A DNA stretch of 61,832 nucleotides, counting the filler, from Spirochaetales bacterium (lineage in GTDB: Bacteria > Spirochaetota > Spirochaetia > Treponematales > UBA12059), in NCBI GenBank assembly GCA_016928955.1. It is 5 parts of 5 records of this genome, joined end to end, with 100 filler letters (N's around TTAATTAATTAA, not from the genome) between each part and the next. Parts side by side here need not be neighbours in the genome. Positions count along the whole stretch, not along the records: positions 32,616 to 38,628 come from JAFGJV010000014.1; positions 38,729 to 56,887 come from JAFGJV010000015.1; 3 more parts are not named here. The stretch is one strand, 5' to 3'. Position numbers and translations under genes: made by a program. The notes below the pieces were generated by a model. The model made no database searches and was not told the origin of the DNA. It saw nothing but the letters and a program-made list of their open reading frames with translations. Positions 36,832 through 46,212 of this stretch are shown in pieces (positions within the stretch are counted from its first letter, which is position 1; every line of letters begins with the position of its first letter).

Positions 36832-38628
36832 TCAGGGGCTGACGCCAGGCAATCCTATGCCTTGCAGGGCTCCGGCTCCCAGGGCCGCAACCTTGGCTTC
36901 CAGTTGCTTGAGCTTGTCGTCCAAAGCCTTCTTGTAGGAATCCATGGCCTTGTCGTCGCCCTTTGCCGCCGCGAGCAAGGCGTCAAAGTCTTCCTTTGAG
37001 CCGAGTTTGCCGTCCAGTTCGGTTTCCACGTAGTCGCCCAGGGCTTGTTCCAGGTCGGCTGTGGCTTGCTTGGCGTAGCTTGCCGCAAGGGCGGACACGG
37101 CCTGCCCCACGATCGTGTCTATGCTGGTGGTCAGGGAAAATTCCGATTCGCCTCCGGCCGATTGTGCGGCGCGTATGCCCGCGTCCACCGATTCCGAGCG
37201 TTCAAGGGCGTCCGCTATGGCCTGTGCCAGGGTCCCCTCCGGTGAAGGCACGCGGGCGTCAGCCAGGCCAAGGTCGGCTCCGAGTTCCCAGATATCCGCC
37301 GACCGCCCTTGGGCCCGGGCCTCTGCTCCAAGCGTTCCGGTGAGGCCGGCAAGGCCGGCCTTGGCAAGGGCGTCGCCCAGGTCCACCGCCAGGTCGTTGG
37401 CGCTGGCCGTCAGCGAGAAGGCCAGGGCGGCTGTGGCCTTGCCGTCTGCCTGGGCTTTCACGACAATGCGTCCGCCCGAGTCGCGCTCCATGCTGAGGTC
37501 CAGGGTGCTCGGGGCGGGCACCAAGTCTGGCTCGGTGGACAGCTCGCGGATATCTATGGACCATGCAGCGCCGCCTGCCGGGAATTCGGACGCCAGACGG
37601 CCAAGCCGGAAGGCAGGGTAATCGGCGCCGGGGAAATACACGTTCCGTCCCTTGGGCGACGGGACGGCACGATCGTCGTCCTTGTCCTTGTTGCCCGAGC
37701 CGGATCCGGCTTTGACGCGCAAGCGGCCCAGGATGTCCAGGGCGCGGCGGCCGTAATACAGCCAGGTTTCGCCCTGGTCGGACAGCATGGCTTTGATGCT
37801 CGGCTCCAGCGCCGCCATGGCGGCGCCGCTCCCCGGCGTGACAAAGCCTTTGAGGTAGGCCAGGTCGGTCTTGACCGAGCTGGCGGCGGCGCCGGACAGG
37901 TCCTTGAGGGTGGCCGCGTCCTTGCCTATGCCATCCGACACGGCCTTGGCCTCCGTGCCCACCGTTTTTGCCTGGCTTATGGCGGTTTTTACCGTGGCAA
38001 TGGCCGCTGTGGCCTGGTCCAAGGTTTTTATGGCCCCCAGGTCTATGGCCAGGGCGGCTTTGACGGACGTGCCGGCGTCCGCCACGGCCTTTTTGGACGA
38101 GTCCGCGCGGGCTTCCCAGCGCTGCACGGCATCGTTGTACGCCGTTCCCGCTTCCTCGTAAGCAGCCGTGCACAACAGCTTGTCTTTTTCCTGCTGGATC
38201 AGGGCTTTGGCGTCAAAGCGGGAAAGATCCACCAGGGGCGGGGTATCCGGCGCCGTTTGCTCGGCTTGGGGCGGCGGCTCTGGCGCGTCCGGCAGGGCGC
38301 CTGACATGGCTCGCGGTGTGCCCAGCGCTATGGTCGCCACGCTGGCTTCCTCAATGTAAACGCGGCCCCTGAGCATGGCGGACGGATTCAGCCTGAGTTC
38401 CGCCTGGCCGGTTTCGAACAAGTTGCTCATGGGCTTGTCGCTGTCTGCGACCGCGAGCGACGAGTACGCCAGGCGCATGCGGAAGGGCTGGAAGCGCAGG
38501 CCGACGATTTCCGCCCGGGCGCCGAACACCGCCTCAAGCCCGGCTTCGGCCGCGCGCTCGAGCAGGGGATTCATCAGGAAGAGCCCGAACACGACCACGC
38601 CGGCGACCAAAATACCGACGGCCAGCAG
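36832..38628 (-). CDS. TIGR03545-like membrane-anchored protein, 5' end lost in gap
   Basis: TM helix then LEAVFGARAEI...AVADSDKPMSNLFE, coiled-coil, KGRNVYFP; family call from recall. Confidence 0.65.
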   Translation of the reverse strand: MLAVGILVAGVVVFGLFLMNPLLERAAEAGLEAVFGARAEIVGLRFQPFRMRLAYSSLAVADSDKPMSNLFETGQAELRLNPSAMLRGRVYIEEASVATIALGTPRAMSGALPDAPEPPPQAEQTAPDTPPLVDLSRFDAKALIQQEKDKLLCTAAYEEAGTAYNDAVQRWEARADSSKKAVADAGTSVKAALAIDLGAIKTLDQATAAIATVKTAISQAKTVGTEAKAVSDGIGKDAATLKDLSGAAASSVKTDLAYLKGFVTPGSGAAMAALEPSIKAMLSDQGETWLYYGRRALDILGRLRVKAGSGSGNKDKDDDRAVPSPKGRNVYFPGADYPAFRLGRLASEFPAGGAAWSIDIRELSTEPDLVPAPSTLDLSMERDSGGRIVVKAQADGKATAALAFSLTASANDLAVDLGDALAKAGLAGLTGTLGAEARAQGRSADIWELGADLGLADARVPSPEGTLAQAIADALERSESVDAGIRAAQSAGGESEFSLTTSIDTIVGQAVSALAASYAKQATADLEQALGDYVETELDGKLGSKEDFDALLAAAKGDDKAMDSYKKALDDKLKQLEAKVAALGAGALQGIGLPGVSP

Positions 38629-38728
38629 NNNNNNNNNNNNNNNNNNNNNNNNNNNNNNNNNNNNNNNNNNNNTTAATTAATTAANNNNNNNNNNNNNNNN
38701 NNNNNNNNNNNNNNNNNNNNNNNNNNNN
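38629..38728. other. Artificial contig linker
   Basis: N-run with TTAATTAATTAA. Confidence 0.98.
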
Positions 38729-38814
38729 ACATCTGAGCAGTGGCTCAACGGCAAACGGTATCTACCGGCTGAACAGACCCAATCGTAAATTTACAGAAAA
38801 GAGCTTGACCAATC
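38729..38814 (+). mobile_element. IS256-family right end, second copy
   Basis: Identical to 2-87. Confidence 0.8.
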
Positions 38815-38829
38815 ATGTTTCGCCTCCAT

Positions 38830-38951
38830 CATTACTATCCGCGGACATTTTCATTACTATCTGGAGCGCAAATCTATACTATCCGCCGGTCAAATCCTTA
38901 CTATATTTTTGGGTTTTTCCTTACTATCTACGGGAGGTTTTCCTTGCTATC
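38830..38951. repeat. Six phased direct repeats, 22-23 bp period
   Basis: TACTAT cores at 38833, 38855, 38877, 38899, 38922 and TGCTAT at 38945. Confidence 0.8.
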
Positions 38952-39202
38952 TGAGGAAAAATAGGTCGACAAGGCTGCATTCGCGGGATACAGTAGGCTG
39001 GGATTGGCTCGTGACCTGAGTATGTTTCGGCGACCAGGTTGCGTGTTTCCGACATGTAATCTCCAGAGCCGATGAGTAAAAAATTCAATCGGTATGATAG
39101 AGGGAGTATACCGCCTGCGTGCAGAAAGCGCCTGCGCGACACGCATATGATAGGGTGACCCTAAGAATCTTTCGCCTTTCCCATACCAGGTACGAGGTAG
39201 CC

Positions 39203-40732
39203 ATGAGAAAAACCATCAGTGCGTTGTTCGTCTTGACCCTTACCCTTGGGGTATCGTCGTGTGGCCAGAGGGAGCTTACGCTCGGCGAGTTGGTGCCGCA
39301 AAACGCAGCCGCCGCGCTCCACGTTCCGAGCCCGCGGGCCTTCCTCCAGGGCATGGCGGAGTTCGCCAAGCAAAGCGGCGCGGCCGGGTTTCTGGGCGAC
39401 GATACGCTTCCGGAAGGTGTTCTGAAACTCCTGGGCATGACCGATGATGAGGCCGCGGGCTTCCTTGCCGCCTTGGACATAGACCGGGCTCTGGGCGCCT
39501 ACGCTACCTTGGGCGAATCGGGCGGCCTTGGCATATACATACTCGTTCCGGTGACGGGACCGGGCGCCATCCTGGGAAAAAGGATGGCCGGCGCGGGCCT
39601 GGCGGTGGACGGGCCCTTCGGCGGCTATCTGGTGGTCAGGGACGCGGCCACGGCAGAGTTCCGGCGGCCCCGAAAAGACGCCGCCTTGGGCGGGCTCCTG
39701 TCGGGCGACGATCCAGGGCGGGCGTACGTAGTGCTCAGGCAGGCCAGTTTGCCCGGAGCGGCCTTAAGTCCCTCCGGGGTAGGGAGCGCGGCGCTTCCTG
39801 ACGCCTGGGTGAGCTTGAGCGTGGGGGCGGACGCCGAGTCCGTGTACGGCGGCCTGGCCGCAGGCGGTTTGACCTCGGGCGGCAAGGCAGAAACCGGGGC
39901 GTCAGCCACGGACGCCGACACGCAGTCCCTGGTGTTTTCCAAGGAACTGAACACCCTAGAGTTTTTCGGCGTCGTTTCCGTGTCCACCGGGGCCTCCGGC
40001 GCCCTCCCCGGAGCTTACCCGGGGGCTGAGGCCTTTGGCCAGTCCATGGATGCCTTCAACAAGCTGGCCGCGGAACTGCGGGGACGCTCGTACCTGTCGG
40101 TGCGCCTGGATCCGCGGGCTTTGGACTGGCCTCCCGATCCCGATTCCCTGTCCCTGGGAGCCACGCTGTCATTAGGGGATACAGACGCGTTCCGGAGGGC
40201 TTTGGACGGCTTTGCGCAGTCGCTGAACGCCGCCTTGCCGGCTCTGCTCGGCAAAGCGGCCTCGGACTCCAGGCCGCGGGTGGAACGGATACCCACAGCG
40301 AACGCGGCAAACCAGGATGCCTTCGCGCTCCGCGACGGCGGTTCGGAGCCGGGCATGCTGGTCACGGTAGACTATTCGGGTGGTACGGCTGCCGTGAGCG
40401 CGGTTCAGGCGGGCCGGGGAGCGTCGGTGCCCGTCATGGAACCTGGCGACGCCGACCTCCTGTCGGGCATGGACGCGTACCGGGTACTGGCGCGGCGCTT
40501 GCCGTCCAGCCTATCAACGCTGGGCCACCTGTCCCTGGCCCAAGCGGCCAACGCCCTGGCCAGGGCTCGCGGGCTGTCGGTTCGCTTCAACGAGCGTACG
40601 CCTGGCCTGGTCTTTGGCGCCGAGCGCGGCGGGGATACCGTGGCCGTGGAGTGGGCCGTGGGCACGGATGAAATCTCCGTTTACCTCTTGGACCTGTTCC
40701 CGGTCCTGGCCGCAGGCCGCCCACCGCGCTGA
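39203..40732 (+). CDS. Hypothetical lipoprotein (509 aa)
   Basis: MRKTISALFVLTLTLGVSSC lipobox, GAGG RBS. Confidence 0.75.
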   Translation: MRKTISALFVLTLTLGVSSCGQRELTLGELVPQNAAAALHVPSPRAFLQGMAEFAKQSGAAGFLGDDTLPEGVLKLLGMTDDEAAGFLAALDIDRALGAYATLGESGGLGIYILVPVTGPGAILGKRMAGAGLAVDGPFGGYLVVRDAATAEFRRPRKDAALGGLLSGDDPGRAYVVLRQASLPGAALSPSGVGSAALPDAWVSLSVGADAESVYGGLAAGGLTSGGKAETGASATDADTQSLVFSKELNTLEFFGVVSVSTGASGALPGAYPGAEAFGQSMDAFNKLAAELRGRSYLSVRLDPRALDWPPDPDSLSLGATLSLGDTDAFRRALDGFAQSLNAALPALLGKAASDSRPRVERIPTANAANQDAFALRDGGSEPGMLVTVDYSGGTAAVSAVQAGRGASVPVMEPGDADLLSGMDAYRVLARRLPSSLSTLGHLSLAQAANALARARGLSVRFNERTPGLVFGAERGGDTVAVEWAVGTDEISVYLLDLFPVLAAGRPPR

Positions 40733-40831
40733 CGGGCCGGCGCCGGGAATGGCCAGGCTTGCGGCCCGGGGTATCCTCGGGTATAATCGCCCACAATCTT
40801 TTCGCTCCGAATATACAAAGGTGGATCTCCT

Positions 40832-42247
40832 ATGCACGCATCCCGCTTACGCATGCTCGCGGCGGCCTGGGCCGTCGCGCTGATAGCCGCCATGTCATGG
40901 TCCTGCTCCAACAACAACGAGGCCTTCCAGTCTGCCTATGCAGCCGCCCTGGAGAGGGTCAAGGGAGGGGCGGACGCCCTGTCCACGCTGATGGCCTTGG
41001 ACCAGGAATTCCCCGACCAGCTGTCCCTGAAACGCGAGATCGCCGCCATGCTGATTACCAAGGGCGAGATCGAGTCAGCTGAGGTGTACCTGTCCGTGAT
41101 CGAGAAGATGGCTCCGCGCAAGGACAAGGAGCTCAACGCGGCGGTGGCCGGCGTGCGCGCGCGCATAGCCCTTGCCAGGCAGGAATGGGCCCAGGCCCTG
41201 GCGGCGGCCGACAAGGCCTTGGCCCTCGATCCCCAGGGGTCGGGCTCGGCCGGGTTCTCAAAGGGCCGGGCCCTGGCCGCGCTGGGTCGCGTTCCGGAGT
41301 CCGTAGACGCCTTCAAGGCTGCGTTTGCGACCAGTGGCGACGAGGCGTCCGCGGATGACTGGATGGCCTACGTGTCCACCCTGTCGGACGCGGACCCGGG
41401 CGCCGCCCTGGCCGCGTTGGCCGAGTACGACTCGCGCTTTCCCTACGAACCGGGCATGGGCCTGGTGGAGTCGGCGCTCAGGGAGAAGTCCGGCGACCTG
41501 GCCGGGGCCGTGTACGCGGTGTGCAAGGACGTGGAGTACGCCCGGGCTGTCGGCGCCATAGACGTGGCCACCGCCCTGGACAGGCTCGCGCAGGTGCGCG
41601 TGGCGCTAGGCGGTATGGCGGGCTCGGCCGAGGGCACAGCCGCGCTGGATACCTGCGACGCTTTCATCCGCGGCGACTGGGTCCTGGCGCAGCGGGGACT
41701 TTCCGCGTACCGGGGCGACCAGCCCATGCCGTCTTGGATGTACCTGGCCTCGCTGGCGCGGACCGCGCCACTGAGCCCAGAACAGCTGGACGCGTACGGT
41801 CGGCTGGCCGCCACGTTCTCGGACCTGCCGTCCTATTGGCATGTGCTCCTTACGTCCATGGAACGCGCGTCCAGCGGGGCGAGCGCCGCGGACAGGCGTA
41901 GGGCCGCTGAGCTGTGCATAGACGCCGCGCCTGAAGGTCCCCACGCGTCAGACGCGCGGCGGGCCCTGGCCCTGTCCATAGGCTTGGGCTCCGACGCCGG
42001 CTCGTCGATCCTGACCAAGGCTGAAATAGAGAATCTGGGTGCCCGCTCCGTGGGCGGCGGCGGGGCGGAGGTGCTGGATCCCATCTACCGGCTCCTAACG
42101 CTGCCGGACAACGACTACACCCTGTACGCCGTAGGCATGCTCAAGGGCCTGTCCGCTGAAGCCTTCTACCGGGCCATTTTTTCCGAGCGGGCCCGCTCGG
42201 CGTCCGGCCGGCTCCTGGAGCGGCTGACCTACGTGCTGAACGAATAA
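40832..42247 (+). CDS. TPR-like lipoprotein
   Basis: Lipobox SWSC; helical repeats (ALAAADKALALDP, GRALAALGR). Confidence 0.75.
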   Translation: MHASRLRMLAAAWAVALIAAMSWSCSNNNEAFQSAYAAALERVKGGADALSTLMALDQEFPDQLSLKREIAAMLITKGEIESAEVYLSVIEKMAPRKDKELNAAVAGVRARIALARQEWAQALAAADKALALDPQGSGSAGFSKGRALAALGRVPESVDAFKAAFATSGDEASADDWMAYVSTLSDADPGAALAALAEYDSRFPYEPGMGLVESALREKSGDLAGAVYAVCKDVEYARAVGAIDVATALDRLAQVRVALGGMAGSAEGTAALDTCDAFIRGDWVLAQRGLSAYRGDQPMPSWMYLASLARTAPLSPEQLDAYGRLAATFSDLPSYWHVLLTSMERASSGASAADRRRAAELCIDAAPEGPHASDARRALALSIGLGSDAGSSILTKAEIENLGARSVGGGGAEVLDPIYRLLTLPDNDYTLYAVGMLKGLSAEAFYRAIFSERARSASGRLLERLTYVLNE

Positions 42248-42263
42248 GATGCGAGGCTGGACC

Positions 42264-42917
42264 ATGAAGCAGGCAAAAACCGCCGCCCTGGCGGCTTTGA
42301 TACTGGCGCTATCCTCATGCGGGGAGCCCGGCTTGACCGACGAGCAGACGCGGACCTACGCCAGCGCCGTGGGCGCCTACCAGGCGGGGGACTTTGCCCG
42401 CGTGGTGGATCTCGCGTCCGCTCTGGAAACGGAAGCTCCGCGCTTCGCCAAGAGCGCGCTGTTGCGCGGCAAGGCGTTGTGGTTCTCCGGCTCCGGGGAC
42501 GAGGCCCTGGCCGCCCTGGACAAGGCCATAAAGATAGATGGCTTGGACCAGGAGGCGTGGCTGTGGAAAGCCAAGGTGCTGCGCAGCCTTGGGCGGGCGG
42601 AAGAGGCCGGCCTGGCGCTGGATCCGGTCCTGTCCCGGGATCCTGAGGATTTCCGCCTGCTCTACCTGAAAGCCCAGCTCCTGCTGGACGCTGATGACAC
42701 GCAGGCGGGCATCGCCTTCCTGGACAAGGCCATAGAGTCGGGCTCGGAACTGGCGTTGGCCTATATGGAGCGCGGCAGGATAGCCTATCTTTTGGGGCAG
42801 ATCGACCAGGCCCGGCGCTACTTGGACGTGGCGCGCGCCCTGAGCCAGGACTCCCCGGGAGTGCTCAAGGCCATAGACGGAGTGCTGGCGGCCATGGGCG
42901 GGAAGGACTCCGAATGA
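42264..42917 (+). CDS. TPR lipoprotein
   Basis: Lipobox LSSC; 4-5 TPR motifs (AWLWKAKVL, AYMERGRIA). Confidence 0.8.
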   Translation: MKQAKTAALAALILALSSCGEPGLTDEQTRTYASAVGAYQAGDFARVVDLASALETEAPRFAKSALLRGKALWFSGSGDEALAALDKAIKIDGLDQEAWLWKAKVLRSLGRAEEAGLALDPVLSRDPEDFRLLYLKAQLLLDADDTQAGIAFLDKAIESGSELALAYMERGRIAYLLGQIDQARRYLDVARALSQDSPGVLKAIDGVLAAMGGKDSE

Positions 42918-43420
42918 AAGCGATGACGCGCGCCGCGCTCGGAATGGCCGTGCTGGCCCTCATCCTGGCGGCCGGATCCTGCTCCAGCGTGGGCAGGTCC
43001 AAGCTGAGCTCCTTTGAGGGCCTGGCGGCCGGGCAGGCCGCGGTGGCCGTCGGACTGGCTGAGGTGGTCGTCCAAAAGGACGCCCGCCAGGAGCTGGTGG
43101 CCGACGAAGTGGAGCGGCTCGCCGCGTCCCTGCTCCTGGAGAGAGGCTACCAGCCCGAGCCCGGCGGCCGGGAAGCGTCCCTGATCCTTTCCATATTTGT
43201 GTCCGAACACGAATTCGTCAAAGGCCTGTACCGCATCCGGAGCGTGCTCATAGAGGCCGCGCTCCTTGAGTCGGGTACGGGCAGGGTGGCGCACAGCGTT
43301 CGCCTGGCCCAGGAAACGGACAACTCCGTGGATTCGTCTCTGTATCTCGGAGAGGTCCTGGGCGACGTGCTCAACAAGCTGCTGGACGGCTATGAGGACG
43401 GCGTCAAGCGGGACTCATAG
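42914..43420 (+). CDS. Hypothetical lipoprotein
   Basis: Lipobox AGSC; ATGA overlap with previous gene. Confidence 0.7.
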   Translation: MKAMTRAALGMAVLALILAAGSCSSVGRSKLSSFEGLAAGQAAVAVGLAEVVVQKDARQELVADEVERLAASLLLERGYQPEPGGREASLILSIFVSEHEFVKGLYRIRSVLIEAALLESGTGRVAHSVRLAQETDNSVDSSLYLGEVLGDVLNKLLDGYEDGVKRDS

Positions 43421-43471
43421 CGGCATGCTGAAGCACTCGATGCTCTTCTGCGCGCCGAGGGGACGGCGTCC

Positions 43472-44866
43472 GTGAGCTTCCATCTCAAGACCGCGTTGGC
43501 AGTCATGGCCGCCCTCCTGGCCCTTGGCCGCGCCCAGGCAGACGGCCCCCTGACCCTGGACATAGAGACGGCCAAGCGGCTTGCGGCCGCGGCGTCGCCG
43601 GAACTGCGCCAGGGCGAGCTGGACGCGCGGGTGGCCGCCGAACAATGGACCTGGGGCGTCCGAGCCTTCCTGCCCACTTTGAGCGTGAGCGCGAGCGGTG
43701 ACGAAAGCGTGGCCACAGGCGGCCCCGATTCCATGAGCAAGCGCTTCAGCCTCAGCCTGAGCCAGCTGGTGTTCGACGGCGGCAAGCTGTCCTACCAGCG
43801 CAGGCTGTCGGCCATCCAGCTGTCCATGGCGCGCAAGGACCTGGACCGTAAGCGGCGCGAGGTGGAATACCAGGCGGCCAACCTGTTCTACGCCATCGTG
43901 GCCGGCGAGCGGAAGCTGGCCATCACCAGGGACCTGGTCGAGCTGTCCAGGGCCCAGGAGGGCATAGCCGCCAAGGAATACTCCATGGGCAAGATCACCG
44001 AGGTGGACCTCATAGAGATCCAGACCAAGGTGCTTGAGGCGGAGCTGGACCTCAAGAAGGCAGCCCAGGAGCTGGACGACCAGTACTTCGAGCTCGGGCG
44101 CATGCTTGGCCTGGACGAGGGAGACGAGCTCTTGCTGGAAGGCGACGCCGATCCGGGCTACGCCGGCGTGGACCTGTCCGGCCAGCTCGAGCGGCTGGGC
44201 GTGGATGTTCTGAGGGCGAGCGACCAGTTGGAGCAGGCCCGCCTGGAGGTGGAGAGCCTCCGGGCTCAGTTGTCGTTCTCCGAGCGGACCTGGATACCGG
44301 ACGTCAGCCTGTCCCTTGACTGCTCGCTGTCCGGCGAGCGCTTACCCCTGAACGGCTTCAACTATGGCCTGTCCCTGTCCCTATCGTTTCCGGACCCGTC
44401 CTTTCCGTCTTCGCTGGACATTGGCGGGCGCGGCTCGTCGCTCGGGGAGCGGGGCTTGTCGGAATCGGCCAAGGTGGAGCTGTTCCGCAACCCGGCCGCC
44501 TTCCTGGACGTGGCGTCGGCCAAGCTGGCCATCCAGTACAAGCTGGAGGCCCTGGACACGGGCCGCCAAAGCCTCCTTAAGGGCCTCCAGCGGCTGGCGC
44601 TCCGCTACGAGAACGAGCGGACCGTGCGCTCGCTGACCCAGCGCAAGCTGGAGCTTGCCCAGAAGAAGCGGGATATAGCCCTCAAGCGCCTGGACCTGGG
44701 ACAGGTCACCCGGAAGGACTACGTGGTGGCCGAGAGCGAACTGGCCCAGGCCCGGATAGAGCTGTTCTCCGCCTGGCTGACGATACGGGCCACCGAATGG
44801 GAGCTGGAATCCGCGCTCGGAATAGGATCCGGCGCGCTCGAGACGTACGTGAAGGGCAATCCATGA
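43472..44866 (+). CDS. TolC-family outer membrane channel
   Basis: Signal peptide; two OEP repeats (FLPTLSVS, LSLSQLVFDGG, YSMGKITEVDL, LGQVTRKDY). Confidence 0.85.
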   Translation: MSFHLKTALAVMAALLALGRAQADGPLTLDIETAKRLAAAASPELRQGELDARVAAEQWTWGVRAFLPTLSVSASGDESVATGGPDSMSKRFSLSLSQLVFDGGKLSYQRRLSAIQLSMARKDLDRKRREVEYQAANLFYAIVAGERKLAITRDLVELSRAQEGIAAKEYSMGKITEVDLIEIQTKVLEAELDLKKAAQELDDQYFELGRMLGLDEGDELLLEGDADPGYAGVDLSGQLERLGVDVLRASDQLEQARLEVESLRAQLSFSERTWIPDVSLSLDCSLSGERLPLNGFNYGLSLSLSFPDPSFPSSLDIGGRGSSLGERGLSESAKVELFRNPAAFLDVASAKLAIQYKLEALDTGRQSLLKGLQRLALRYENERTVRSLTQRKLELAQKKRDIALKRLDLGQVTRKDYVVAESELAQARIELFSAWLTIRATEWELESALGIGSGALETYVKGNP

Positions 44867-46212
44867 ACCATACATTGAAAGCGTCCGGTCTCTGCCTTCT
44901 TGCCGCGCTCGCGGCTCAGGGCTGCGCCAAGGCCGGCCCGGAGGCGGCGGACGGAGGTCCGCGCGTGGTGAGGGCCTTCGTGGTCAAGGAAGAGGAGCAC
45001 GAACGCTCGCTGGAGAGCTACGGCACCATCACCTACAAGAACAATATCGAGCTGTCCGCGGCCGTGGAAGGCACGGTGGAGTACTTCCAGGTTAAGGAAG
45101 GCGAGCGCGTGCGGGCCGGGCAGCTGTTGGCTCGGCTCAAGAACATGCAGCTGGCCCTGTCGCGCGACCGCGCCGCCATAGAACTGGAGAACGCCAAGAC
45201 GGCCCTGTCCCTGGCGGAGGCCCGCGTCAAGGAAGCCGACCTGTCCATGGAAGCCAAGTTCATAGCCATAGACAAGGCCAAGCTGGACCTGGAGCAGAAG
45301 CGCAAGAACCTGGCCGAGGCCGAGCGCAAGCTGGCCGACCAGGTGGCCTTGCGAGACGTGGGCGGCGTGCCTGACGAGACCATACGGGACATGCAGACGC
45401 AGATAGACTCGCTCAAAGTCCAGATACGCATGTCCGAGCAGGACCTGGAGAGCCTCATGATAGGGTTCCGGGACAAGGACCTTCTGGCCTTCGGGAGGGC
45501 CGTGCCGACCGATCCCGAGGCCAAGAGGCGCGCCTTTGTGGAGATCAACACCATCATGGTCCGGGCCGAGCTGGACGCCGCCCGGGCGCGGGTGCGCACC
45601 TCGGAGATGGAGCTTGAGTCGGCCAACCTGGCCCTCGGCGAGCTGGAAATCAGGAGCCCGGTGGCAGGGGTGGTTGGAGCCAAGTACTACGAGGTGGGCG
45701 AACGGGCCAAGGCCTCGGAGAAGGTGGTCACCATAATGGACACCGAGGTGGTGTACGCCATCTTTCCCGTGCGGGAGGACGACGTGGGCGGCATAGCCCG
45801 GGGCACGGCCGTGTCCATGAGCGTGGACGCCGCCGGCGGCGCCGTGTATGCGGGCGTGGTGGACGTGGTGTCTCCCTCAGCGGATCCGTCCGTCGGCGCT
45901 TTCATGGTCAAGGCCGTGGTGTCCAGGCCGGACGCACGCGTCAAGCCCGGCATGTTCGCGCGGGTGACCGTGCTCCTGGGCGCCAAGGAAAGCCAGCCCA
46001 CCGTGCCCATACGCTGCCTGCTCAACAGGAGAGAGGACAAGGCCACCGTGCAGACCATCGTGGGCGGCAAGATAGTCCTCAAGGAAGTGACCCTGGGCAA
46101 GGAATACGGCCAGAACGTTGGGATAGTGTCCGGGATAGCCGCGGGCGAGGTTCTGGTGGAGAGCCCGGATCCTACCCTCCAGGAGGGAAGCGATGTGGAA
46201 ATCGCGCGCTAA
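44863..46212 (+). CDS. RND periplasmic adaptor (MFP) with long coiled-coil
   Basis: Lipobox AQGC; VKEGERVRAGQLLA, IRSPVAGVV, KPGMFARV. Confidence 0.9.
   Translation: MNHTLKASGLCLLAALAAQGCAKAGPEAADGGPRVVRAFVVKEEEHERSLESYGTITYKNNIELSAAVEGTVEYFQVKEGERVRAGQLLARLKNMQLALSRDRAAIELENAKTALSLAEARVKEADLSMEAKFIAIDKAKLDLEQKRKNLAEAERKLADQVALRDVGGVPDETIRDMQTQIDSLKVQIRMSEQDLESLMIGFRDKDLLAFGRAVPTDPEAKRRAFVEINTIMVRAELDAARARVRTSEMELESANLALGELEIRSPVAGVVGAKYYEVGERAKASEKVVTIMDTEVVYAIFPVREDDVGGIARGTAVSMSVDAAGGAVYAGVVDVVSPSADPSVGAFMVKAVVSRPDARVKPGMFARVTVLLGAKESQPTVPIRCLLNRREDKATVQTIVGGKIVLKEVTLGKEYGQNVGIVSGIAAGEVLVESPDPTLQEGSDVEIAR

Noticed and set aside
36832..38816. The ATG at 38816 being the start of the TIGR03545-like gene
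   Set aside because: A linker lies between them and no IS left end is seen at 38628, so the link cannot be supported.
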